Origin: Hyphochytrium catenoides
Lineage: Eukaryota; Protista; Hyphochytriomycota
Reading direction: 5' to 3'
DNA length: 64,000 bases
Assembly (NCBI GenBank): GCA_900088475.1
Contig: FLMG01000742.1
Location: 1 to 64,000 of the forward strand
In this document: piece by piece, positions 51,930 through 62,697 of the stretch
How the letters are laid out: each line of letters starts with the position of its first letter
How positions within the stretch are numbered: the stretch's first letter is position 1
The notes under the pieces: model-generated
What the model was told of the DNA's origin: nothing
Seen by the model: only the letters and a program-made list of their open reading frames with translations
Databases searched by the model: none
Made by a program: the position numbers and the translations under genes

Positions 51930-54900
51930 GGTTTGGTAAATAGAACGTACGAGGTAGGTAGGCTTTGCAGTTGGTGGTATGGGGAGGACCGGCCTTTGGC
52001 GACAGGCGGAAAGTTGTTTACTGAGGATGCTGTCTCGCCTCATTTACAGGTCAAAGGAGCCTCAGCCCGACTGCTGCTGTGCTTCGAGATAGTAGTACGA
52101 ATAGTTATTTTACTGCCTGCCTCGTCCCCTGTGTGGTTATTAGGCAGGACCTGTGGACGACGAGCATCAACTCAAGGAGTTAGCCACAGGGTCTGGCACA
52201 AGGGCATGATCTCTCAAAAATGTTTCCATCTTGTTGCGCTTCTTCCCACCTCGCCAAGGAGTAGCCTCCCTCTCGTCGCCAATGGTGGAAGAAGTTGCAA
52301 AAAAAGTCAAGGAGATGACAAGGTAGGTCAGGTCATTGTGATAAATGGCGACAATAATACATTATTAGTCAAGGCAGACGTAGAGGAAAGAAGTAATTGT
52401 AGAGCAGGCGAATCTTCCAGGGTCGCTCCCCTTAATACTACGCGACATTTTTATGAAGGTGGCCATGCCATGCCCAGCGTCCGCCCTTAGAAATCCGGCA
52501 GGACGATACACTTTTCACCAGACAATGAGCAGGGACGACCTCATCTACTGGATCCAGAGTCCAAACGCTGTCTTCTGCCTCCAGGAGTTTGAGGTTGAAA
52601 GTTCCTTCTCCCTCAGCGTTCTTCAGAGAGAAGTCGATGCAACGACAAAGAGTCAGCGCAGTTCTATTTCCTACAGGGAAGGTGGAAGGAAGGGTTCCCA
52701 GTAGTTGGGTTGCAGAGTAGAACTAGCGCCGTCTTCCATTGGTGGTAGGCAGTACAAGTAGTACTGTCGAACCAGTCGTCTTTCCTCTGCTGATGATGCC
52801 ACTCATGAGGAAATGGAGCAGCTGTACATCAGGCCGTTTTCGGTCTTTAGCATGCCATGACCTCCTGCTGCCTAGTACCACCCCAGAAAACCTGCATCCA
52901 TCCAAAGAACAGTTCTATCACCACTGAATCCGTAAACGCGTAGTCGTCATTATACTTACCCTAACCTAGGAGGCTCATGTACGAGCGCCAAGACAAAGCT
53001 AGGCGGTTAACCATATCGTTATTGCACCCTGTGGTCGTCTCCATTATGCGAGTGCGAGGAAGAAAGCGCGACGAAAAATTGTCCTTTCCTTTGGTCAGCG
53101 CTGGACGACAATCAGTGAGCTTGACTCCTCCAGCTACTGACGACCACGGGCGAGGTGACGAGGTGACGATAAAAGGGACTCAAGCTGGACTGAACTAGAT
53201 GGATCTAGCTGATCTTTGCTGATCAACAAAGTCGTGTGGTTCCTCCACCCACAATCTCATACACAGTCCCATGAACAGCACCGACATGATCATCTCCACG
53301 CTACCTGTCCCACTGCATTGTCGCAGTTCTCCATTAGCAAATAGAAGGACGGCGAACAGTCATCCAGAAGCAAAAAGAAAGACAAGATGACCCTCTTCTC
53401 ATTCCCTTCGCTCCTATTGGTGCTTTCCGGCGTTTATGAAAAGGCGGTCCAAGTATACTGGTGTGGTCCCTATAATGTTCCTTTGGCCACAATATTACCC
53501 CTAGATGATGTCTATAACCGCGCAACGCGCATCCAGCAGACCACCATGATGGCGTGGTGAGGAAGCGGTAGGTTCTTGGGCATTCGGATGTGAGCGGGGC
53601 CATCCGTGCCAATCATGGTGCTTCTTCCATTTGGTCCCCACAGTGTCACGTCAGCTAGGGAGAGGGCGGGGGCTACTACTACGGCCGGGGTGAGGCTTCT
53701 CAAACAACAACGTTATGGCTAGGAACTTTTTAAAGTTTGTGGGTCCAATCGCCCACCACCATATATATATATATCGTGGTCACCACATCAAGAAGGAAGA
53801 ACAACGCCTAATAGGGTCTTATCACTGTCCAAGATGAGGATGTTTTGGCCCAACACTTCTGCACTTTGGATACTGCAGTGTAGGCGGAGCTAGAAGGAGA
53901 GAATGGAGGCTCGGTGGTGTGTTCTAACTACTAGAAACGGAGAATCAAGATGAACAATCAAGATGGAGAGTGATGGAGTATGGATGACCATTGCTTTGGA
54001 CCAGAACGCTGCTCAGCTACTAGTATTCTGTTTTCTCTTCCTCAGGAGGCCAATGAGCTGAGGTTACTCGTAGCGTTGAAAAAGAGGCAGCCGCTGCCGC
54101 ATAGATCTATCATAGAACTATGCCTTCGGCTGCCAGTAGTGTGGAGCGTCATCGCCTCCTGTGATCGAAGTATCCAGTGTCCTGCAGAGCGCCACCATGG
54201 TGCCTTCTGTGGCTTGGAGGGGAGCTCGTTGAGAATTGGGCATCAACATCATCAGGACAGCGGTGGTGCCCAACAACAGCAACGGATAATCTTACTGAAG
54301 GATCAGAAGGATCTGGATATCCGTGGGGCATAACGACGGGAATTGAGGGTGCAAAGAAGGATGAAAAGTCCTACCTCCTCTTCGGACCTCCTCAAAGCCC
54401 CTCGTCTCTCAGCAGGTCAGTAGAACTAGTTAGCGATGCAGGAACTCTGTGGCTGAGGGTGTGAGGTGTAGTATGAACCAAATGCAGAAGAAGAAGAAGA
54501 AGAGAAAGAACCGGAGCAGCAGGTGGTTTCGGATCGCTTGTCGGATGCTATGAAACACAAGAACAAACAAAGAAGAGAGCCTGGTAATCTAGCGAGCGCC
54601 TTCGTAAGGTGGCGGAGACCTCCTCCCACTAACTCTTGATCTTTGTGCAGCGCGACGTAGTTCTCTGCGTGTAAATAAAGATGCCTTTTTCCCTTGCTTG
54701 GTCAAGATTTTTTTTCCACTCGTCTCTTCCATCCAGTTTTAGCCGCTTCGTTTGTTTCTTTCTTTCTCTGCTGCCCTGAACATCATTATTATGCTTCTTT
54801 TGGTGCCAAGATAACTTGAGGGCAGCCAACAGTAGTAGGAGAGGAGGAGAAGAGGACAACGTCGAGGAGGACGACAAATACGACTTCGGCGTAGGAGAAA

Positions 54901-56732
54901 GCTTCTCACAACAAGGGACAAAAGAAGCGGACGGTAGAGTCAGCAATAGGGAGAAGGATGAGTGGTCGAAGGTGGCGATATTGAGAGAGAGAGGGAGAGA
55001 GAGGAGAGACAGAGAGAGAGAGAGAGAGAGAGAAAGTGAGAGGCAAGAAGAAGAATCAGGAGGAGTGGAGGCTGGGAGAAATACTCGTCCTAAGAATGGA
55101 GGAATAGGAAGAATCCGTAAGCGATAGGGAGATAGCGATGAGGAAGACGGAGGGGAGGCAGCTGGGAGACTAGCTCCCATGTCAAAGAAGGCAAGCAGCA
55201 AGAACGGAGACGGCTGACTGTGAACTAAGGTCATGAGGGCTTCCGCTTCTCTTGTGCCGGAAGCATGCACCACATGGCCTAGCTGACGGCACTTACGACG
55301 CTGGGACCGGGTCTGGACCGCACAGTTCCGCTTGCCACTATCCATGTGACGCTACATAGGCCGCGCGTAACCCAAGAGCACCTAGCACGCCAGAGGTTTC
55401 CATTGCTCGATCTTTTGTGACGCAACCCTGTGCTGGCGCTAATCATAGGACTGATGCGGTCAAATAAGAGCCCTGAAAGCGATCGAAGGGGAGCTATCTC
55501 TGTTGTTTGTGGGAGAGGGAACGAGATATAGATATAATTTTTCCTACTTGCCTTCTCTTTTTATAAGAAACGCGGGCTGCTAAGTTTGGCTCCGCGCGGA
55601 ACTCTAGCCAGGACTCTAGCAGTTGCCTGGTACTAATAAAGTGACCGTGGTTGGAACAGTCGCAGGGCCTTTTGGGCTTTGCTAGAGCGGCCAAGCCTCG
55701 AGCTGAAGGACCTCGCTTTCAATGAGGTTCCCCATTGAGGTCAGCGGCACTTGCCGTCACTGCGGCTTTACCGCACACCGTCTCGCTCGCAGTCAGGTTA
55801 TGTAGATCATCTTTGTAGGTAGAGACGAGCTACAGCATCATAGTGTATAGGCGTATAGTCTACATAGGAATATATGATAGCTTAAAAAGCCGAAATCGGA
55901 GCCAGCGACGTACCTCCTGTCTCTCACTTTGCAGGGAATCGAATTGAGTCCTTACGATTGGCTTACAATCACTTCCCTCTTCTGATAATGAACAGAGCTC
56001 CCTGCTGTTTGTGCGACCTCCTCTCACATTCCTTTGCTATCTTGGTCAGTGTGAAGGCACATCTATAATGAGGACAGAAGAATTAAACACGGTTCCTTCA
56101 CGCAGGTTCTCTGACTTCAGGTCCACGTCTGCCACCATGGTCTTTCTCTAGGATGACGAGTAGCGGCGATTATAATTGAGACACATTAGTTAACTGCGCT
56201 ATGGCCGCAAAAACAAGTGGCAGCAGCAGTGTGCAAAAGGGAAGCTTACAGAGAGTGACGAGCAAGAAGAGACCCACCAACGCAACAAGAAGCGCAGGGC
56301 TGAGGCACGGTCAGTACTGGCTGTTTGTCACTCCTCCCGTCAGTAGATCTTCACAAAGCATCCACAGCAGCAGCCAGAACAAGGGAGAAGTGACAAGCAC
56401 TGGGAGATGACGAAAGGCTTGAGGTTAACGACGATGAGAGCCAGGGTCCTTTCACCAGGAAGCTAAGGAGTGACCGCCTTTCAGCCTTGATCATCTCCCT
56501 TTTCTCCCTTGGAGAAATCAACGGCTATTGCCTAAGAAAAATGATGAGCCACGGACAAGATTGGGACAAAAGCAGGCAAAAGCTGTCTCCACTGTAGATT
56601 ATTGACTAGCTATAAGGTGGTGTCGATATTAACTAAGATAAAGGCAATCGGATCACTACGCAGCGGCTCCCAGTTGCCTCAGTTCTATTTCCATCTTCAG
56701 CCATGGTAAGAATCAAATATGGTGAGTGGCTC

Positions 56733-59340
56733 CTACGTAGCGGGTCGGGCAGGGGTTACGACAGGCAGCCCTGAGGTCAGGTTGGTGGTCACCAGCGCCA
56801 GCTGAGCGTCTGTCAGCGCAAAATCAAAGAAGAAGAAGGCAGAGAGGTCGACCGATGCCTCATTTGAAGCCGTTGTTGACTGACCGACGTGCCAGGTGGA
56901 CAGACTTCGGTCTCTCAGAGGAGCCGAAGCTGTGACCGTGGCCAGAATCACACCGTTCTTATAGCCTCATGACTGCCCACTGCTGCGATTGTATCGCGCC
57001 GCTAATGTCGCCCATTCGTTCCGGACAATAGCTCCTGCGCTGCTCTTACAGTCTGCAATCGTGATGCCTTCATTGAAGGAATGAACTTCAGCGCCCTGGT
57101 GCTGCCACTGCGTCTAAACGGCAGGTTATCAGGCGATGCGGTAGTAGCCGTGCCAGCAACCAAAATGGTCTCAGAGGTGCCTGGCGTGCTACCTATGAAG
57201 CGCAATAATAGCGCCACAATGGTCAGCCGGCCCACCGCTGAGAGGCAGCGCTGTGAGATTCAGGTCTCTTGAGAAAGTAAACAATCGCTGTCTGGCCGTC
57301 CGAGTGAAGGAGTAGATTGGTCCATTCACCAAGCCTCCCAGGGGGCTGAAGCGAGGTGCAGTGCTGACATTTGATGCAGAGGCAACGTTGCCCCATTTCA
57401 AGACTGCAGAGTCATCACTCTGGCTGAGCTGCGAGGCTTGTAGATAGAGCGACTCAGTAGTGAAAGGGAGGACAGTGGTGACACTGCCTGGTGGCGCCGG
57501 AAGCACACGAGAGACGTTGATTGGCATGTGGGTGTGAGGCTGGTGGAGACTTTCTGGGTCAGCTGGCTGTCGCTAAGGCAGAAATTAAACATGTCGAAGG
57601 AAGTAGTCCAAGTGAGCCGTGCTAGGCACACCAACGGCAGCCTGTCCTGGCATCCACCAGACGCTGACCGACCTATTAATGAGTACAGCCTCAACGCTGC
57701 CAACGCTCTGGCCATTCTTCAGCAACTCCGCCCTACGAGTTGATGCTGCGTAGCGGAACGAACCCATAGACAGCCCAGATGCCTTCTTCTGTGACGCCAG
57801 CGCCACTGACAAGGCGGAAGTCTCCTTCTCCCGCAGCACTGTGTGCTTGGAAAACGAGGTGATCGGAAGCGCTTACCCTACCCTAACCCTTTGCTATAGA
57901 AGACGGGAGCTGATGCACTGGAAGTGCTGCTCAACCGTTCCCAGAAGCCAACAGCACTCCGGTTCTCTTGATTAGATTGTGCCAAGGCGGACGCGGATAG
58001 TTGGACCGCAGAAGAGTAGAACGGTGGTAGGATGGAGACAGTTGCCCCGGTTGGAAAGGTAGCAGAAGTATCTACCGGGAGACTGGTACTGAGATTGGAA
58101 GAGAGCGCGAGCAACTGGCTGTTTGACAGCGCAAACTCATAGCCATAAAGGCGGCAAGATCAAAAGTGCCATGGTTCTGCTGCGCTAACCCTAAACAGCC
58201 GTTAGAGAATTCGGTGAACGCTGCGTGGCGCCCGGAGTATCCCACACTGAAACCATCCCTGATCATCTCTGCCCCTAGTGTTACATTTGAATATCTGAGG
58301 GCAAAAACTGTCCATTGATTGGGAAGGATAGCGCCAGGTTGACTGATGAGAGTCAGAGCGCGAGTACTGATTATCATAGTCAGGGCGAGGTGGCTGGAGT
58401 TCCCATATCTTCGATGGGCGAGAGTCCAGTCCAGGTTCGACCAGGGACGCTGGTACCAACGCTGAACAAATGCTCATCAAAGACAGGCGTACTCGAAGTA
58501 AAGCTTCCCAGCATGAAGCCTGTGAAACCGCTCTTGGAGGCGACGAGGAATAGATTTACAGTGGCAGCTGTCTCCAGAAACTGCTTATTCTGGCTGTTGA
58601 AGTGTAGGGGCAATTTCTATGGCCACCATTGGATCGGAAGAGCGGTTGCCGGGCACTGGGGCTGGCTGAACTGGCCCCACATTGAGAGTCCAGAGTCATT
58701 GCCTTGAGAGGGCAGCAGTGGGGCCAAGGGGCACTGCGCAGGATATGTTAGTGGAATTTCAGCTGGCAGCGGGGTTGGAGAAGGCGAGATAAACGTTTGT
58801 CCGGCGGGAGGGATAAGATACCATCATCCTCCGGTCTCAAACACATCCGCTGGAGGAGGAGCCTGTTGTAAGGTGGGCTGAGGCGTTGGCTGTGGCGATG
58901 GCTGCGGCGTTGGCTGCGGCGTTGGCTGGGGAGTTGGCTGCGTTGTTGGCTGCGGAGTTGGCGCTGGNNNNNNNNNNNNNNNNNNNNNNNNNNNNNNNNN
59001 NNNNNNNNNNNNNNNNNNNNNNNNNNNNNNNNNNNGATGGCTGCGGAGTTAGCTGTGGAGTTGGCTCTGACGATGGCTGCAGAGTTGGCTCTGGCAATCA
59101 TAGCTGCTGAGTTGGCTGCGGGGTTGACTGCGAAGCTGGCTCTGGCGATGGCTGTTGAGTTGGCTCTGGCGATGGCTGGTGAGTTTGCTCTGGTGATGGC
59201 GGCGGCGTTGGCGGCGGCGTTGGCTCTGGCGATGGATCAGAAGTTGGATGCGGAGTTGACGATGGAGTTGGAGGAGCTGGCTGCGGAGGTGGCTCTAATT
59301 GGGCCGGTGGACTGTTCGGGACTCGGCAATTCTTGTCTGC
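56733..59340 (-). pseudogene. Decayed extracellular protein: PT/PS-repeat stalk followed by three tandem LamG/concanavalin A-like domains
   Basis: The PTPQP/PSPEP array is interrupted by TGA (59100-59098), with more stops near 58825 and 58380 and several frameshifts. Three homologous units end TFDLAAFMA/YEFALSNSQL, SFDMFNFCLSDSQL and SVDLSAFFFFDFALTDAQL, and share W...P.F...GG..N.P and KNG/RDG motifs. Confidence 0.7.
58876..59290 (-). repeat. 12-nt-period coding minisatellite (PTPQ/PSPE)
   Basis: Repeats of ccaacgccgcag / ccatcgccagag around the N gap at 58968-59035. Confidence 0.9.
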
Positions 59341-60349
59341 TACCAGTGAGGAGTGAGCATTAACGTCGGGGGTGGAGTTGCGAGCCGACGGCATTCAGTC
59401 AGTCCTCTCTAGCCATAAAGAATGCTCAGAAAACGAGCGCTTACCGTTTGCTGAGGAGACAGGCACCGTGCGGGTGCAGATCCTAACCTTATTGGCGGCT
59501 GTAGCCCGTAGGGTCTACAAGATCGTCTTGACATTAAGTTAGGCAAATGCTACTGGACGAAGTAAGAAAGCAAGCAAACCCGCTGCGTGAAATGGTGAGC
59601 ATTACTCTATTTGATCTTAGGGTAAAGGATGTTGTGCTTGCCAAACTAGATAATAATCCCTGCAGTGATCAGTCCTTCCGTGGCTCAACAGTGCTCTCCA
59701 TCATCAGGTGGCAGAAGAAGTGGATTTATTAGCGCCGCAAAGAAATTGAGGGAGTCAGAAGAAGGATGAATAAGCGGGAAGACGACAAAGACCAATGATG
59801 ACCACGCAGTCAGGGTTATTAAGACTCGTAGGAGATGCGAGACTGGCGAGCAGCATGGTCGGCAGGGCTAGCGTGCGGCGGCGTACTTCTTCCTGTTTGA
59901 GCTCTAGCGTGACCTTCAGGGTTATTCAGCAAGCAATACCTTACAAATAGCGAGTTAGCTTCTCTGCTCTGACTCTTTCCGGAAGAATATGCCTCTGACA
60001 TTTTCGGTGAGCAACATGCCTGTGCAACTATTGGCAGCCACCAGTCGTCTCTTTTTCCCTTTAAAGACTTAATACACCCCAAGCAGCTCCCAAGCTTTTT
60101 GTCGTCATCATCCGTTTTGACCGCTGTCCAGCGTCTACTGAAGCAGCAGGAGCCTGGGTGCGGCGTCATTGTATGTTGATGGTCCACTCTCAGACTTTTT
60201 TGGCAATTCGTGATGCACTTGCTCTGGGGTTCCCTTGAGCGAGTCCCTCCAGGCCTTGTTGCTGCTGCTTTTCTGGGGACTCTTGATGCGGTCTTTTCTA
60301 CCCATTCGTTTCTCTCCTCTTCCTGATGATACTACATCTTCTTCTCAGT

Positions 60350-60889
60350 TTGTTAATGCTGTCGATCTCCTCGCCCTTTCTTCTTCTCCTTCTGTTCCAC
60401 CCTTCCTTCTTCTCCCCTTCCTTCTCTTTTTGCTCCTTTTCTGTCGCTGACGGTGCGGGTTTTTCTTAAAGTCTTCCTCCTCCTCCTCCTCCCCTCGTCA
60501 TCACTGAGTCCATGGACTTCGAATCTTCTTCTCCCTTGTCTTTTTTGATGATCAAGATGCTAGTGATAATGATGATGCGGCAAAGGGGTTCTCCTCTTTG
60601 TCCGCTCTGGTTCAATTTTCGTTCTCCTTTCCGTTCTCCCTATGTAGCTTAGTTCTTTAGTCCTTGGTTTTAATCCCCTTTGATTAATACAAATTGTTGC
60701 TGACGATCCCGCCGTTCCTTCATCTCCTCCTGCTGTTCCGCCGTTTCCTTCTTCTCCCCCTCCTTCCTATTTTTGCTCCTCCTTCTGTCGATGTCGATGC
60801 GGGTTTTTCTTCTTCTCTTCCTCCTCCGCCTTCTCCCCGCGTCATCATTGAGTCATCGGTTCTTCTTCTTCATCCTTGTCTTCCTTTTT
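60350..60889. repeat. Two diverged ~195-bp direct repeats (~60350-60546 and ~60693-60889)
   Basis: Both copies contain ccttcttctcccc..tttttgctcct..ttctgtcg.tg.cg.tgcgggtttttctt..tcttcctcctcc..cgtcatca.tgagtc..ccttgtctt. Confidence 0.8.
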
Positions 60890-61204
60890 ATATATAGAAC
60901 AAAATGATGATGATATAGTTCCATGTCATCACTTCCACCACAGCTACCCCTGTCCATGTTGTGATGACTGTACCAATCCAGCTGAGAGACTGTTTGTACG
61001 CCACTACGGGTGGAGGGAGGCAAAGGTCACGGTGAAGTCTGTCTATTAACACCACTTTCCACCGAGATACCCGATGCAGTACGACATGGTGTGACCCCAC
61101 TGTACCTGCTGGTGATAATCAAGGTATAGATAATCACAATAAAAGACCCAGTCAGATGCAGTGGTCTCCTGGGTTTTTGTACAGTAATAACTGTGAGCGG
61201 CAAC

Positions 61205-61455
61205 GTCCAGCGGCAGTGTCCAGTGGCAGTGTCCAGTGTCCAGTGGCATTGTCCAGCAGCAGTTCCAGCGGCAGTAGTTGCCAGCGGCAGTGTCCAGCGG
61301 CAGTGTCCAGCGGCAGTGTCCAGCGGCAGTGTCCATCCAGCGGCGGCAGCAGTGTCCAGCGGCAGTAGTAGTGTCCAGCTAGCGGCAGTGATTAGCGGCG
61401 GTGTCCAGCGCCGCCGGCGCGGTGGTAGAGTCCAGCGGCAGTGAGCAGCAGCAGT
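61205..61455. repeat. 13-bp tandem minisatellite (GTCCAGCGGCAGT), ~15 copies
   Basis: Perfect and variant units are directly visible, e.g. three consecutive perfect copies at ~61291-61330. Confidence 0.92.
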
Positions 61456-61506
61456 GACGACCATCATCATCCAGAAGCAAATAAAACTCTAAAGCCGTCG
61501 CTGCTG

Positions 61507-62184
61507 ATGGCACCACCCCGAAGAACAAGGATCCGACAAAGATGCACCGAAGAAGGCTGCACAAACATTGCTCAGATAAACACTTTCTGCAAGCGCCACG
61601 GGCGACTTCATGGGCATCCGGCTCCCACGAAGAAATGCTCTGTTACGGACTGCACCAGCCTATCACGGTCTCGATGCCTGTGTCGGAGGCATCAGCAGCT
61701 GAAATGTAAGATTCCAGAATGTACAGGCGGTTATAGCCAGCGAGGGCTCTGCTATGGCCACTGGAGAGCAAGTACCCAACAACAAGCTCGTCCTCCTCCA
61801 CGGTCTGACGAGAAGGCAGATGAAGATCACCGAGAACTCCAAAGACTTCGGAATAGTAATGAATGCCTCGCGCAGCAGCTGGAGTCTGCACTTATGGACT
61901 GCGCGTATTTGGAACAGCTACTCTACACAAAAAGCGCACAGCTGACCAACACCGACAGGCAGGAAGATGCAGTGGAGCAAGACCCGGATCCGGACAGTCC
62001 TCAAGAAGACGTCGCAGGAGTACCATCAGCAGCACCTGTTGCTCGTTGCCGTCGACCTATGAACATCAAACAAGAACGCAAGTTCTGTCGTGATGATATG
62101 GTTTGTGCTCCCTATAAATATGAGCAGGAAGAAGCGTCGCCTTTTCCTCGTGTCGGGCAGCTCTTTGCGTGCCAAAAGCCTTGA
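61507..62184 (+). CDS. Intronless protein with three WRKY19-like C-x4-C-x9-C-x2-H zinc fingers and a leucine-zipper-like coiled coil, 225 aa
   Basis: CTEEGCTNIAQINTFCKRH, CSVTDCTSLSRSRCLCRRH, CKIPECTGGYSQRGLCYGH; basic N-terminus (PPRRTRIRQR); heptads in RELQRLRNSNECLAQQLESALMDCAYLEQLL. First in-frame ATG at 61507. Confidence 0.75.
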   Translation: MAPPRRTRIRQRCTEEGCTNIAQINTFCKRHGRLHGHPAPTKKCSVTDCTSLSRSRCLCRRHQQLKCKIPECTGGYSQRGLCYGHWRASTQQQARPPPRSDEKADEDHRELQRLRNSNECLAQQLESALMDCAYLEQLLYTKSAQLTNTDRQEDAVEQDPDPDSPQEDVAGVPSAAPVARCRRPMNIKQERKFCRDDMVCAPYKYEQEEASPFPRVGQLFACQKP

Positions 62185-62599
62185 CGGCAGCTCGTGGCAG
62201 AATGGCGCCAGCACCCTAACTAAAGAACCAGCAGAATTCTAGTTGTCTGTCACAGACTTGGTCTTGTTAAGGAATAATGATGGGTTGGTTCCAGTCGTTC
62301 CCCGTTTGTCCTATCTTACGGTATTGTACTAAGAAGACAGCCTAGTCCAGGTACTAGAAAGGTAGATAGAGGAGAAGTCATTCCACTGTTACCTATGATA
62401 TGCAGAAAGGATGGAGGGAAGACATCAGTCAGAAATACGTAAAAGAAGAGGCGGGCGAGGAGCCACGGTGGAGAGGCGGACGAGAAGTCACAGTGGACGT
62501 GTCCAGAAGAACAGAAAAGGAAGTTGCAGAGAAGACACGTGAGGTTGTCCGTCCGCTTGTCTTAGACTGAACTCTTCTCTCGGACCGGTCCGTTTTGGA

Positions 62600-62697
62600 G
62601 TTGGTTCACTGCCTTAAGGTAGAACCAGAGAGAGGCAGAAGAGAGAGGTTGGTTCACTGCCTTAAGGTAGAACCAGAGAGAGGCAGAAGAGAGAGGT
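62600..62697. repeat. Perfect 48-bp tandem duplication with an internal quasi-palindrome
   Basis: gttggttcactgccttaaggtagaaccagagagaggcagaagagagag occurs twice in a row. Confidence 0.92.

Noticed and set aside
51603-52490. 295-aa plus-strand ORF
   Set aside because: It is the antisense shadow of the small secreted gene, starts at GTG and has no coherent domain.
52951-52965. ATACTTACC resembling the U1 snRNA 5' end
   Set aside because: It is not followed by TG, U1 stem-loops or an Sm site.
53512-53703. Second signal-peptide-like small ORF (RSLTPAVVVAPALSLADVTLWG)
   Set aside because: It starts at TTG, has a weak hydrophobic core and has no supporting motif.
57876-57890. CCCTACCCTAACCCT telomere-like motif
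   Set aside because: Only about two units inside a pseudogene frame; consistent with chance.
61205-61455. CRISPR-like array
   Set aside because: Units are contiguous 13-mers with no unique spacers, no cas genes are present, and the context is eukaryotic.
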